Shown: piece by piece, positions 48,726 to 60,436 of the stretch
Numbering within the stretch: the stretch's first letter is position 1
Layout: each line of letters opens with the position of its first letter
Assembly: GCA_963720545.1 (NCBI GenBank)
Contig: OY970399.1
Location: 1,696,001-1,760,000, forward strand
From: an uncultured Acidobacteriota bacterium
Lineage (GTDB): Bacteria > Acidobacteriota > Vicinamibacteria > Fen-336
Direction of reading: 5' to 3'
DNA length: 64,000 bases
Made by a program: the position numbers and the translations under genes
The notes under the pieces: generated by a model
The model's database searches: none
The model's input: only the letters and a program-made list of their open reading frames with translations
What the model was told of the DNA's origin: nothing

Positions 48726-49531
48726 CGTCGGCGCACCGCCATCGCGCGCACCAGCGCCGTCGCTCGCGCGAGGTCGAGTGGCTGGTCCCAGCTTCCCTTC
48801 CTCTTCACCGAGGAGCCCACGATGAGTCCAGCGGCGCGGTGGTAGTCGCGGATATTGTCCACGTTGATGCCGGAGCCAACGAACACCGGGATGTGGACCG
48901 CATCGGCTGCCTGCGCCACTTCGGAAGCATCGGTCGGCGAGCCGGTCGCCGCACCGGTGACGACGACGCCGTCGGCGAGGAAGAACTCCGCCGCGTGCGC
49001 GGTCTCTGCCAGGCTCACGTCGGCGGTTGCGGCGTGCGCCGAATGCTTTTTCTTGATGTCGGCGACGATGCGCACCGAGGTGGCGCCGATCGCCTTGCGG
49101 TAACGCGTGATCGCGGCGGCGGACGATTCGATCCAGCCTTCGTCCGCGACGTGGCCAAACACGAACCCCTCGACGCGCACGAACGCGGCACCGGCAGCAT
49201 GCGCCACTGCGATGGCCTCGCGGTTGGCGCCCGCCAGCACCTGCACCCCGAGCGGCAGGTTCACCGCGCGTCGCACTTCCCGGGCAACGACGGTCATCCC
49301 CGCGACGATCTCCGGCGCGGCCTGCCCCTTCACATAAGGCCGATCGTGCATGTTCTCCACCATCAGCACGGGGAACCCGGCCTTCGCGTAGATCCGGGCT
49401 TCCGCCACCGCAGTGGCGACGATCTGGTCGAGCGAGTAGCGATGCTTCGGTGTCCCCGGCAACGCGCCCACATGAATCACTCCAATGAGCGCCCGCGGCA
49501 CACCGAACACGTCCTCGAACCACCCGGCCAT
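48722..49531 (-). CDS. BtpA/SgcQ family TIM-barrel protein
   Basis: IGVIH..ALPGTP, VENMHDRPY, ADEG, ADIKKKHS, ADGVVVTG..TG, VGSG, IVGS. Confidence 0.92.
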   Translation of the reverse strand: MAGWFEDVFGVPRALIGVIHVGALPGTPKHRYSLDQIVATAVAEARIYAKAGFPVLMVENMHDRPYVKGQAAPEIVAGMTVVAREVRRAVNLPLGVQVLAGANREAIAVAHAAGAAFVRVEGFVFGHVADEGWIESSAAAITRYRKAIGATSVRIVADIKKKHSAHAATADVSLAETAHAAEFFLADGVVVTGAATGSPTDASEVAQAADAVHIPVFVGSGINVDNIRDYHRAAGLIVGSSVKRKGSWDQPLDLARATALVRAMAVRRR

Positions 49532-49611
49532 GGCGCGGAGGCTACCACCCACGTTCTACAAAGCGACCCTTGCCCGCGCCTGTTTCTGCACCGGTTCGGC
49601 CATACCGCGGG

Positions 49612-49626
49612 TGGCGCGAAACATGC
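49612..49626 (+). promoter_or_regulatory. Sigma54-type promoter candidate
   Basis: TGGCGC-GAAAC-ATGC (GG-N10-GC). Confidence 0.45.
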
Positions 49627-49655
49627 ACTGTCGCGGGGCCAACTGGAGGTGGGGT

Positions 49656-49784
49656 TTGAGCAAGTTGCTGCGCGGCGCCGTTGCGGGCTGGGGAGCCACC
49701 AAGCTTGGCGGCGGCTGCTTCACGACGATCCTGTTCTTCGTGCTGCTCTGGTGGGCGCTCGGACATTTCCAGATCTTCCGCTGA
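49656..49784 (+). CDS. Small (42 aa) membrane protein
   Basis: GGAGG RBS at 49645; TTG start; MSKLLRGAVAGWGATKLGGGCFTTILFFVLLWWALGHFQIFR. Confidence 0.6.
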   Translation: MSKLLRGAVAGWGATKLGGGCFTTILFFVLLWWALGHFQIFR

Positions 49785-49822
49785 GTGCGGGCCGCCCGAG
49801 GGCCCGGGCGTATCATTGATTA

Positions 49823-51247
<1,425 letters not shown>

Positions 51248-51255
51248 CCCACGCG

Positions 51256-52470
51256 CTAGGCGAGTTCGGAGCCTTTGGTTTCCGGCAGGAAGAGCCACAT
51301 CGACGCCGCAAAGACATAGGCGAGGGCGGTGACGCTGAACGCGTTGCCGAAGCCGTGGGTTTGGGCCAGGCCCCCGACGAGCATGGGGGCGACAGCGCCC
51401 CCGAGCCGTCCGGTGTTGTAGATGAGGCCCTGTGCGGTCGCGCGAACCCGCGTCGGGAAAATCTCGGCCGTGACCACACCGATGCCCGAGAAATGTCCCG
51501 TACAGAAAAATGCCACGAACGGGCCGAGGCAGAGGAGCAGCGTCGGATTGCGGCTCAGGCCGTAGAGCGGCAGCAGGATTGCGGCGAGGACCAGGTAGGA
51601 GACGTAGGTCTTCTTGCGGCCGACCCGGTCGCTGATGAAACCAAAGCTCACGTAGCCGAACCACGTGCCCACCTGCATTGCGACGATGAAGAGCGACATG
51701 CTGGTGGTGTTCAAGCCAACTCCGCCTTCACGCACCGGCAGCGACAGGTAGGCGGGCACCCACAGGTTGAACCCCCACCAGGCGAACATGGCCCCGACCT
51801 GCAACAGCGTCAACGCCAGCGTGCGGCGGCCCAGGGTGCCGGACAGGATCGTCGAGAACCGTCCGCCCGTTTCGGCTGTTCGCGACTTCGTCCAGATCTC
51901 CGGTTCGGGCACCGCCTTGCGAATCCACAACGTGACAAGCGCGGGGATCACGCCGACGAAGAAGACCACGCGCCAGCCAAGGGTGGGCAGCACCACTGCG
52001 GTGATCAGGGCGGCGAGGGCGTAGCCCACCGCCCAGGCGCTCTGCACGACGGCGAGCGCCTTGCCGCGGTCTTTCGCCGACCAGGTTTCCGCCACCAGCG
52101 ACGCTCCGGTTGCCCATTCGCCGCCCATGCCGAGGCCAAGAAAGAAGCGGAAGATCGCGAGCTCCCACGGCGTGCGCGCGAATCCGCACGCGGCGGTGAA
52201 GATCGAGTAGATAAGGATGCTGCCCATGAGGGCGCGGGTGCGGCCGATGCGGTCGGCCAGCACGCCGAACGCGAGGCCGCCGATTGCGGACGCCACGAGG
52301 GTGACGGAGCCCAGCGCTCCGGCCAGGCTCTTGTCCATCCCAAGGTCGCCCATCATGTGGGCCAGCACCAGCGAGTACAGCATCACGTCCATGCTGTCGA
52401 GCATCCAGCCGAGACTCGCGGCAAGCAGTGTGCGCCGCTGGGCAGGTGTAGCCGACCGATACCAATCCAT
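51256..52470 (-). CDS. MFS transporter (SHS/aromatic-acid-like)
   Basis: GWMLDSMD, ADRIGR, GMGGEW, E.FPT.VRATAQG. Confidence 0.92.
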   Translation of the reverse strand: MDWYRSATPAQRRTLLAASLGWMLDSMDVMLYSLVLAHMMGDLGMDKSLAGALGSVTLVASAIGGLAFGVLADRIGRTRALMGSILIYSIFTAACGFARTPWELAIFRFFLGLGMGGEWATGASLVAETWSAKDRGKALAVVQSAWAVGYALAALITAVVLPTLGWRVVFFVGVIPALVTLWIRKAVPEPEIWTKSRTAETGGRFSTILSGTLGRRTLALTLLQVGAMFAWWGFNLWVPAYLSLPVREGGVGLNTTSMSLFIVAMQVGTWFGYVSFGFISDRVGRKKTYVSYLVLAAILLPLYGLSRNPTLLLCLGPFVAFFCTGHFSGIGVVTAEIFPTRVRATAQGLIYNTGRLGGAVAPMLVGGLAQTHGFGNAFSVTALAYVFAASMWLFLPETKGSELA

Positions 52471-52537
52471 CGAGTGAGCCGAAGCTACAGAAACGCCGCC
52501 TTTTGCTCAATTCCCGCGCTCGGGCGCCGCGCAAATA

Positions 52538-52567
52538 TTGACCGCGCACGCGCGCGGCGCATAGCAT
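52538..52567 (+). promoter_or_regulatory. Sigma70-like promoter for the kinase gene
   Basis: TTGACC-N18-TAGCAT. Confidence 0.45.
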
Positions 52568-52592
52568 TCCTCACCGCTTCCCCGGAGGACTA

Positions 52593-54833
52593 TTGATCGG
52601 GCAGTCCATCTCGCACTACAACATCCAGCGGAAGCTTGGATCCGGCGGGATGGGCGTCGTCTACGAGGCGGAGGACACGCTCCTCGGCCGGCAGGTGGCG
52701 CTCAAGTTCCTCTCGCCGGAAATGGCGAAGGATGCCGCTGCGCTGGAGCGCTTCCAGCGCGAGGCGCGCGCCTCCTCGGCGCTCAACCATCCCGGCATCT
52801 GCACCATCCACGCGATCGAGATGCACGAAGGCCAGCACTTCATCGCGATGGAGCTGCTCGAAGGCGAGAGCCTCGCCGATGCGCTGGTGCGCGGGGCACT
52901 GCCGGTGAACCAGGTGCTGGAACTGGCGGCGCAGGCCGCCGACGCGCTCGAGTCGGCGCACGCGCGCGGCATCGTCCATCGCGACCTGAAGCCGGCGAAC
53001 ATCTTCCTCAACACCCGCGGGCAGTTGAAGATCCTCGACTTCGGCCTCGCCAAGATCGAACGGGGCCATGGCAGCGATCCGCGCGACCAGCGCTCGGACA
53101 TCGCCACCGCGGTGAAGGCGCACGACCTCACCAAGGCCGGCACCACGCTCGGCACGGTTGCCTACATGTCGCCAGAGCAAGCTCGCGGGCAGCTCACCGA
53201 TGCGCGCACCGACCTGTTCTCTCTGGGCGCCGTCGTCTACCAGATGGCGACCGCCAACCTGCCATTCCCCGGAGAGACGTCGGCGGTCGTCTTCGACGCC
53301 ATCCTCAACCGCGACCACCAGCCGCTCGGCCGCCTCAACCCGTCGCTGCCGCCCGAGCTCGACCGCATCGTCGGCAAGGCGCTCGAGAAGGACCGCAACT
53401 TCCGCTACCAGACGGCCGGCGACCTGAAGACCGACCTGCTTCGCCTCAAGCGCGACATCTCCTCGGGCAAGCGCAACACCGCGTCGAGCGCGGGCGGCGA
53501 CTCGCGCGAAGCGGCGCGCCCCAGCCGGACGCGCGACCTGACGCGCACCGTGGCAGTGCTCTACTTCGAGAACCTCAGCAAGGTGGCGGAAGACGAGTAC
53601 CTGCGCGATGGCGTCACCGAGGACCTCATCACCGAGCTGTTCAAGATCAAGAGCCTCAAGGTGATTGCGCGGCCGACCGTGCTCACCTATCGCGACAAGC
53701 AAGTGACGGCGCTGCAGATCGGCCAGCAGCTGGGCGCCAACTATGTGCTCACCGGCAGCATCCGCCGCGCCGGCAACCGGCTGCGCATCAACGCGCAGCT
53801 GGTGGACACCGCCACCGACTTCCCGCTGTGGTCGGAGCGCTACGACCGCGAGATGAAGGACGTGTTCGAGCTGCAGGACGAGATCGCGCGCCGAATCGCC
53901 GAGGCGCTGCGCGTCACGCTCTCCTCGCAGGAGCGCGAGGCGCTCGCCGTTCGCCAGACCGACAACCTGCACGCCTACGACCATTTCCTGCGCGGCCGCA
54001 GCTTCATGCGCCGCCGCACGCGCCAGGACTTCGAGTTCGCGCTGCAGATGTTCGAGAACGCGGTGGCGCTCGACCCGAGCTTCGCGCTGGCGCACGCGGC
54101 GATCGCCAACGTCTGCGCGCAGTACCACTTCCACCACGAGAACCTGCCGGCGTGGCTGGAGCGCGCCGAGAAGGCGGCCAACCGCGCCGCGGAGCTCAGC
54201 GACGACCCCGAGATCCTGGTGGCGCAGGGCTGGATCCTGTACGCGAAGGGCGACCACGAGAAAGCCGTGCACCTGGTGGAGACGGCGATCGAGCAGCGGC
54301 CCGACTGCGACGGCGCCTACTACCTGATCCTGCGCGCCATGTTCAGCGCCGGCCGCTACCACGACGTGGCGCGCATCGCCGATGCCGCGATCGAAGGCGC
54401 CGGCAACGACTACAACGTCTACATCCCCATCACCAACGCGCTCGACCGGCTCGGCAAGAAAGAGCGGCTGGATAACCTCCGCCAGCGCGAGATCCTCGCC
54501 CTCGAGAACCACCTGCGCACCGTGCCCGAGGATGGCCGCGCCCACACGCTGCTCGCGGTCGACTACGCAGCGGTCGGCCGGCGCGACGAAGCGACGCACG
54601 AAGTGAAGATCGCCGTGGCGCTGCGCCCGAATGACGGCCACGTCCTCTACAACGCCGCGTGCACGCTGAGCCTCCTCGGCCTCAAGGCCGAGGCGCTCGA
54701 AACCCTGGGCCGAGCCTGGGAAGGCGGCTTCAAGGACGCCACCTGGACCCGCCGCGACCCCGACCTCGCGTCACTCCACGGCGAGCCGGAATTCGAACGG
54801 CTTTACCCGCCGTCGGCCGCATCCGGCGACTAG
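52593..54833 (+). CDS. Ser/Thr protein kinase with TolB-like and TPR domains
   Basis: LGSGGMG, VALK, HRDLKPAN, DFG, YMSPEQ; AVLYFENLS..WSERYDR; TPR tail; GGAGG before TTG. Confidence 0.94.
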   Translation: MIGQSISHYNIQRKLGSGGMGVVYEAEDTLLGRQVALKFLSPEMAKDAAALERFQREARASSALNHPGICTIHAIEMHEGQHFIAMELLEGESLADALVRGALPVNQVLELAAQAADALESAHARGIVHRDLKPANIFLNTRGQLKILDFGLAKIERGHGSDPRDQRSDIATAVKAHDLTKAGTTLGTVAYMSPEQARGQLTDARTDLFSLGAVVYQMATANLPFPGETSAVVFDAILNRDHQPLGRLNPSLPPELDRIVGKALEKDRNFRYQTAGDLKTDLLRLKRDISSGKRNTASSAGGDSREAARPSRTRDLTRTVAVLYFENLSKVAEDEYLRDGVTEDLITELFKIKSLKVIARPTVLTYRDKQVTALQIGQQLGANYVLTGSIRRAGNRLRINAQLVDTATDFPLWSERYDREMKDVFELQDEIARRIAEALRVTLSSQEREALAVRQTDNLHAYDHFLRGRSFMRRRTRQDFEFALQMFENAVALDPSFALAHAAIANVCAQYHFHHENLPAWLERAEKAANRAAELSDDPEILVAQGWILYAKGDHEKAVHLVETAIEQRPDCDGAYYLILRAMFSAGRYHDVARIADAAIEGAGNDYNVYIPITNALDRLGKKERLDNLRQREILALENHLRTVPEDGRAHTLLAVDYAAVGRRDEATHEVKIAVALRPNDGHVLYNAACTLSLLGLKAEALETLGRAWEGGFKDATWTRRDPDLASLHGEPEFERLYPPSAASGD

Positions 54834-54880
54834 AGCGCTTTTTTTCAAACCCGACGCGGGTCGGCCGTCGTCACAAGGGC

Positions 54881-55693
54881 ATGAACAAGATCCTGGTCGC
54901 GACCCCGTGTGCGTTTCTCCTTTCCACTCTTGGCTTTGCGGCCGGCTGGCAGCAGGCGGGTTCCAACGCCTTGTGCCGCGACCAGGGGCACAATGACCGG
55001 CCGTCGCACTGCGAGGTGCGCGAGCTGACGTTCGCCCCCAGCGGCACCGTGTCACTGAACGGCGGGCCCAACGGCGGCATCGAGGTGAAGGGCGAGGCTC
55101 GAAGCGACGTGCGCGTGTTCGCCATCGTCGGCGCGAGCGCCGACAGCATCGAGGAGGCGCGGGCGCTGGCCGCCGAGGTCACGATCTCCACGGGCCCCAG
55201 CATCGTCGCGGACGGCCCCGAGAGCCGCCGGCACGCCAGCTGGTGGGTCAGTTACCGCGCGGCGGTGCCGCGCAAGACCAACCTCACGCTGCGCGCCAAC
55301 AACGGCGGTATCGACATCACCTCGGTGTCGGGCGCGATCGAGTTCGACACGACCAACGGTGGCGTCAGCCTCGAGGACGTGGGCGGCGACGTGAAGGGCC
55401 GGACGACGAACGGCGGCCTCGACATTACCCTCACCGGCACCCGCTGGGACGGCGCCGGCCTCGACGCGGTCACCACCAACGGCGGTGTCAGCCTCAGCGT
55501 TCCCGCGAACTACAACGCGCAGATCGAGAGCGGCACCGTCAACGGCGGCGTCGACACCGACTTCCCCATCACGCTGCCGCCCGGCCACCATAGCAGCCGC
55601 AACCGCAAGGTCTCGATGACCATGGGCGCCGGCGGCCCGACGGTCCGCGCCATCACCACCAACGGCGGGATCTCGATCGAGAAGTCGAACTGA
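54881..55693 (+). CDS. DUF4097 beta-strand repeat protein, exported
   Basis: Repeated TTNGG(I/V) motifs; signal peptide. Confidence 0.85.
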   Translation: MNKILVATPCAFLLSTLGFAAGWQQAGSNALCRDQGHNDRPSHCEVRELTFAPSGTVSLNGGPNGGIEVKGEARSDVRVFAIVGASADSIEEARALAAEVTISTGPSIVADGPESRRHASWWVSYRAAVPRKTNLTLRANNGGIDITSVSGAIEFDTTNGGVSLEDVGGDVKGRTTNGGLDITLTGTRWDGAGLDAVTTNGGVSLSVPANYNAQIESGTVNGGVDTDFPITLPPGHHSSRNRKVSMTMGAGGPTVRAITTNGGISIEKSN

Positions 55694-57427
55694 CTAGTAG
55701 CGCCAGCTGGTGATGTCGGCTCCTTTGGGGGCCGTCTTCAGGATGCGTTCGACGATCTTGGGGGCGTACATCTGGGTGTAGCGCAGGCGTGAGATGGCGT
55801 TTGGCTGCTTGTGGTCGCCGTTCCAGCAGTGCTCGGCGCGGTCGCCGTATTCGATCTCGCCGGTGAACGGCGGGTTCTTCGCGCTGCGCAGGAAGTCTTC
55901 GGCCAGGTACACCGCGTTCGTCAGGTAGTAGTTGTCCATGTCGCCGACGTACAGGTTGACCTTGCCGTCGAGCTTCTTGCCGAGGCCCTTGGCTTCCCAG
56001 TCGCGCTTCATGATGTGGACGAGGTCGAAGTTGTCCTGCCAGTACTTGGCGACGTCCTTGTCGATGACGCCGGTGCGGCGGTCCCAGATGCGCTTCGGAT
56101 AGCCGTCCGTGTCGGTCGGCGAAAACACCGACTCCCATACGTCCAGCTGGCCGCCGGAGCGCACCTTGGTGCCGAGCACCAGCTCGAGGCGGCTGCCCTG
56201 CTCGATCGTCTCGCTGAGGTGGCCGAGGTAGTTGCGGTGCGCCGGCTTCATCACCTTCTTGAACGGGCCTTCCCAGTAGAAGGCGTTCTTGTCGTCGTAC
56301 ACGTTCACAGTCATGTGCGCGTGGAAGTCGATGGGATCGGGGCAGGCGGCGTAGCAGCCGTTGAAGTCGTCCGGGTAGAAGACCTGCGCCGCGAGCGCCT
56401 CCCAGCCGCCGGTCGAGCCGCCGTACATGAAGCGCGACCAGCCGGTGCCGAGGCCGCGGTACTTCTTCTCGACGTACGGGATCAGCTCCTTCACGATCGC
56501 GTCGCCGTACGGCCCGTTGTTGGCGGAGTTCACCGCGTACGAATCGTCGTAGTAGGGCGTCGGGTGCTGGATCTCGATCATCAGGAAGCGCGGGAAAGTC
56601 CTCGCGGTCCAGTCCTTGTAGAACTGGTACGCCTGCTCGTCCTCGATGCGGTTGTAACAGTCGAGGTGGAAGCGTTCGCTGTAAACGCACTTCGCGTTCT
56701 TGTCGGGCGGCTGTTCGCTGAACCCGCCGATGGTGTCGGGGAAATGCCCTTGGTTGATCACCAGCGGGTAATGGGCGTTCGGATGCGCATCGAAGCCCTC
56801 CGGCAGCAGTACGTGCACGCCGATGTACATGTCGCGGCCCCAGAACTTCGACAGCAGCTCGCTGCGGATGCGGTCGTGCTTGATGTACTTCGTGGTCGCC
56901 GGCTCGGGAATCGGCGGGATGGTCTTGTCGAGGACGATCTTCACCGCGTCTGTGCCCTTCGGGTCCCACGCGATCTTGCGCGGCGTGCTGTAGAGATTGC
57001 CGGGCGCGCGGCTCCACTGCTGGCCCTCGCCGCGGTCCATCGGCAGCTTCAGCGTGAAGCCGTCGCTGCGCTTGAACGTTTCGTACTTGTGCAGCAGCGC
57101 CTGGACGTTGTAGGTGCCGGCCGGGATGTCGCGCAGCGATTCCATCGGGTAGCCGAGCACCGCGGCATCGAAGGGCGCTGCATCGCCGGCCTTGAAACCA
57201 TCCACGTTCACGCCGAACACCTGCTGGCTGTTGAGCGACGTGTCGCTGATCTGGAAGCGCGGCTCGCGCGCATCGTCGGTTGAAAAGAGGAGGAGCACGC
57301 GCCCGTCGACGGGCGCCGCGGCGCCGTCCGGCAGCGACACGGTGAAGCGCGCGGCGTCCTGCGCGTGGGCGGAGGGAGCGCCGGCAGTCAGTACGGAAGT
57401 GAGTGCAAGGGCAGAGATCAATCGCAT
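55694..57427 (-). CDS. Exported alpha/beta hydrolase (esterase-like)
   Basis: S.LLSKFWG, LLPEGF, NNGPYG, GGSTGGW nucleophile elbow, D(NY), H(CW); signal peptide. Confidence 0.82.
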   Translation of the reverse strand: MRLISALALTSVLTAGAPSAHAQDAARFTVSLPDGAAAPVDGRVLLLFSTDDAREPRFQISDTSLNSQQVFGVNVDGFKAGDAAPFDAAVLGYPMESLRDIPAGTYNVQALLHKYETFKRSDGFTLKLPMDRGEGQQWSRAPGNLYSTPRKIAWDPKGTDAVKIVLDKTIPPIPEPATTKYIKHDRIRSELLSKFWGRDMYIGVHVLLPEGFDAHPNAHYPLVINQGHFPDTIGGFSEQPPDKNAKCVYSERFHLDCYNRIEDEQAYQFYKDWTARTFPRFLMIEIQHPTPYYDDSYAVNSANNGPYGDAIVKELIPYVEKKYRGLGTGWSRFMYGGSTGGWEALAAQVFYPDDFNGCYAACPDPIDFHAHMTVNVYDDKNAFYWEGPFKKVMKPAHRNYLGHLSETIEQGSRLELVLGTKVRSGGQLDVWESVFSPTDTDGYPKRIWDRRTGVIDKDVAKYWQDNFDLVHIMKRDWEAKGLGKKLDGKVNLYVGDMDNYYLTNAVYLAEDFLRSAKNPPFTGEIEYGDRAEHCWNGDHKQPNAISRLRYTQMYAPKIVERILKTAPKGADITSWRY

Positions 57428-60400
57428 CTAGAACGTGAACTTAGCAGCGATCTGCACGATGCGCTGGGTGTCGCCGAAGTTGATCTGCGTAGCACGGTCG
57501 GCCCCGAAGTTGAGCCGCGGGTTGGAAAGATTGGCCTGCGGCACGAGCACACCACCGGTGAAGTTGTAGAAGACGTTCTGCTGCGAAGTGACGTTGGTGG
57601 TGTTGAACAGGTTGAAGGCTTCGGCGATCAACTCCAGGCCGAGTTTCTTGCCGAGGCCGATGCGGCGCGACAGCCGCATGTCGACGTTGTAGCCGGTTTC
57701 GAGCCGGTGGGAGTTGCGGCTGCCGGGCACGATGTCGTTGCTCGGGTTGCCGTCGCGGTTCAGGTCGCCCGTGACGACTTCCGAATAGGGCAACCCGCTC
57801 TGGACGCTCGCAATCCAGCTGAGCGACCAGCCGCTCGCGAGCGCGTGCACCAGGCCGGTCGCGCCGCGGCCATAAGCCGGAGTCCACAACCCGCTCCAGA
57901 CCACGCGGTGGCGGACGTCGTTGTCGCCGGCAGCCTTGTCGGCGTCGAAATCGGCGGGGTTGGACGCGTACTTGGAGTCGTCGCCGGCGTTGCCGGGCAC
58001 CACCGCGGTCGCATCGGGCTTGTTGTCGGTGACTTTGCCGAGCGTGTAGGAGAGGTTCGACTGGAACGAGCCGCCGAAGCGCTTCTTCAGCTCGAGCGTG
58101 GCACCGTTGTAGTTCGATTCGGCGCTGCTCTGGAACTGGATGACGCGGGCAAAATTGGCGAACGGCCGCACCAGCGGGAATTGCTGCACCGAAAGCGTGC
58201 TGCCGCCTTGCACCGGGATCGCGGTCGCGAGCGGCGCGCCGTTGTTGATGTCGGTCGAGCGCTGCAGGTTGCGGCCGGCGACGAACAGATAGCTGACGCC
58301 GATCGACATGTCGCGCGACAAGGCGCGTTCGATGCCGGCGCTTGCCTGGTGCACCTCGGGGTTCTCGTAGTCCTTGTCGAAGACGAAGATGCTGGGGCGG
58401 GCGGCGGCTACGCCGGTCGGCGGCGCGGCCAGAACGTTCGGATAGGTCGGCACGGCAGTGCCGGTGATGCGCACCGAGATGACGTTGATGCCGTTGTTGG
58501 AGTGTGCCGTGCCCACCATGATCGATGGTGTCCGACCATAGAAGAGGCCGTAGCCGGCGCGGACGACGGTGCGGTCGTCGGGCGTCCACGAGACGCCGAG
58601 CCGCGGCCCGATGTTGTTCTTGTCGGTCTTGAGGAAGCTGGTATCGATGCCGGCTGCCTCGAGTTGCGCGTCGGGATTGCGCACCGGCGGCTGGTTGAAA
58701 GACTGCAAGTCGTAGCGCAATCCGAGCGACACGTTCACGTTCTTGCCGACGCGCCATTCGTCCTGCACGAACGCAGCGAATTCGTTGATGTCGGGGTGGG
58801 TCTCGGCGCCGGTGGTTCCGGCGCCGGCGAAATTCTGCTGGAAAGCCTCGTTGGCGGCGACGTTGCTCGGTACTCCGCCGGCGAAGCTCGCAAGCGACGA
58901 GAACGAATACGAGCCGCCGAAGAAACCGGGGAAGAAATTGAGGATCCTGTCGCGGTTGTAGTCGGCGCCGCCCTTGAAGGTGTGCGCCCCGCGCACCAGC
59001 GTCACAGTGTCGGCCAGCTGGAAGCGCTTGATGGTGGTCTCACGCGGGCTGAAGTTGTTGCGGCCGAAGGTGAGGACGCGCTGGCCGCTCTGGTTGACGA
59101 GCGTTTCCGGGGAGTCGGTGTTGGCAAGCCCGGGTTCGGAGTCCTTCGTCACCTGCACGCGCACCTCGTTGAACGTGGACGCGCTCAGGACCGTCGACAA
59201 CGAAGCGTTCAGCGAGCGGGTGCGCACCAGTGAGTTGCCGCTGTGCTCCTCGGCGTTCGTCGAGCCGCTGGTTTCGCCGTTGCCGCCGGTGTAGTTCTGG
59301 TGGTTGTAGCGCAGCGTCAGCCGGTTGGCAGGACTGAACTGGTAGTCGACCTTCGCCAGGAAGACGTCCTGGTTCTGCGTGCGGTTGTAGTCGCCGGCCC
59401 GGGCGCGCACCGCGGCGAGGCCGGCCTGGGTGGCCGCGTCCGTCGGCAAATTCCCCGGCAGCACCAGGGCGACGGCATTGGGAATGGTCTGCCGTTGGCC
59501 GTCGTACGAGAGGAAGAAAAACGCCTTGTCCTTCTGGATAGGGCCGCCGAGCGAGCCGCCGAACTGGTGAATGCGGAACGGCGCCTTGGGGCGGATCGGC
59601 GTGAGGATCTTGTTCGCGTAGCTGTTGGCGTTCAGGCTCTTGTCGCGATAGAACTCGAATGCCGAGCCGTGCACTTCGTTGCTGCCGGACTTGGTGACCA
59701 CGTTGATCACGGCGCCGCCGGCCCGACCGAACTCGGCCGAATAGGCGTTGCGGTTCACCTGGAATTCCTGCACCGCATCCTGGCTGAACTGGTAGGGCGC
59801 GCGGCCGGAGCCGGTGCGGCCGAGCGTCTGGCCGAAGAAGGTGTTGTTGTTGTCGGCGCCGTCGATCACCAGGCTGTTGAGCGTGCCACGCTGCCCGGCG
59901 AAGCTGATGTCGCCGCCGCGGGTATCGCGCACGACCCCGGGCGTGGTCAGCACGAAGTCGATGAAGTTGCGGCCGTTGACCGGCAGGTTGGCGACCGCGC
60001 GTTCGCCCACCGACGATGCCTGGCTGGTGCGCGCCGCGTCGATGATCGGCGCCTCGGCCGTCACCGTCACCTCTTCCTGCTGCGAAGCGACCTTGAGGGC
60101 AAGCTTGATGTCGAGCGTCTCGCCGATGCCGAGCTTCACCGCCGGCCGCTTGGTCGTGGCGAAGCCGCTGAGCGACGCCGTGATGTCGTAGTTGCCGACC
60201 GGCAGCAGCGGCGCGCGATAGACGCCGTCCGCGTTGGTGGTGGTCTCGCGCATCAGGCCGGTATCGACGCTGCGGATCACCACCGCGGCGCCAGGGAGGA
60301 GCGCGCCCGATTCGTCGCTGACCGAGCCTTCGATGGTGCCGCCCGCCGCCTGCGATTGCGCGCGAGCGAGCATGGGAAGGAGGAGTGAAAACGACAACGC

Positions 60401-60436
60401 GGCACAGGCAGGCATCAAGAGGGATTTGGTCGACAT
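57428..60436 (-). CDS. TonB-dependent receptor (Oar-like)
   Basis: G.V.DESGALLPG, LPVNGRNF, AEFGRAGGAVINVVTKSG.N, GPRLG.SW, C-terminal KFTF. Confidence 0.93.
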   Translation of the reverse strand: MSTKSLLMPACAALSFSLLLPMLARAQSQAAGGTIEGSVSDESGALLPGAAVVIRSVDTGLMRETTTNADGVYRAPLLPVGNYDITASLSGFATTKRPAVKLGIGETLDIKLALKVASQQEEVTVTAEAPIIDAARTSQASSVGERAVANLPVNGRNFIDFVLTTPGVVRDTRGGDISFAGQRGTLNSLVIDGADNNNTFFGQTLGRTGSGRAPYQFSQDAVQEFQVNRNAYSAEFGRAGGAVINVVTKSGSNEVHGSAFEFYRDKSLNANSYANKILTPIRPKAPFRIHQFGGSLGGPIQKDKAFFFLSYDGQRQTIPNAVALVLPGNLPTDAATQAGLAAVRARAGDYNRTQNQDVFLAKVDYQFSPANRLTLRYNHQNYTGGNGETSGSTNAEEHSGNSLVRTRSLNASLSTVLSASTFNEVRVQVTKDSEPGLANTDSPETLVNQSGQRVLTFGRNNFSPRETTIKRFQLADTVTLVRGAHTFKGGADYNRDRILNFFPGFFGGSYSFSSLASFAGGVPSNVAANEAFQQNFAGAGTTGAETHPDINEFAAFVQDEWRVGKNVNVSLGLRYDLQSFNQPPVRNPDAQLEAAGIDTSFLKTDKNNIGPRLGVSWTPDDRTVVRAGYGLFYGRTPSIMVGTAHSNNGINVISVRITGTAVPTYPNVLAAPPTGVAAARPSIFVFDKDYENPEVHQASAGIERALSRDMSIGVSYLFVAGRNLQRSTDINNGAPLATAIPVQGGSTLSVQQFPLVRPFANFARVIQFQSSAESNYNGATLELKKRFGGSFQSNLSYTLGKVTDNKPDATAVVPGNAGDDSKYASNPADFDADKAAGDNDVRHRVVWSGLWTPAYGRGATGLVHALASGWSLSWIASVQSGLPYSEVVTGDLNRDGNPSNDIVPGSRNSHRLETGYNVDMRLSRRIGLGKKLGLELIAEAFNLFNTTNVTSQQNVFYNFTGGVLVPQANLSNPRLNFGADRATQINFGDTQRIVQIAAKFTF

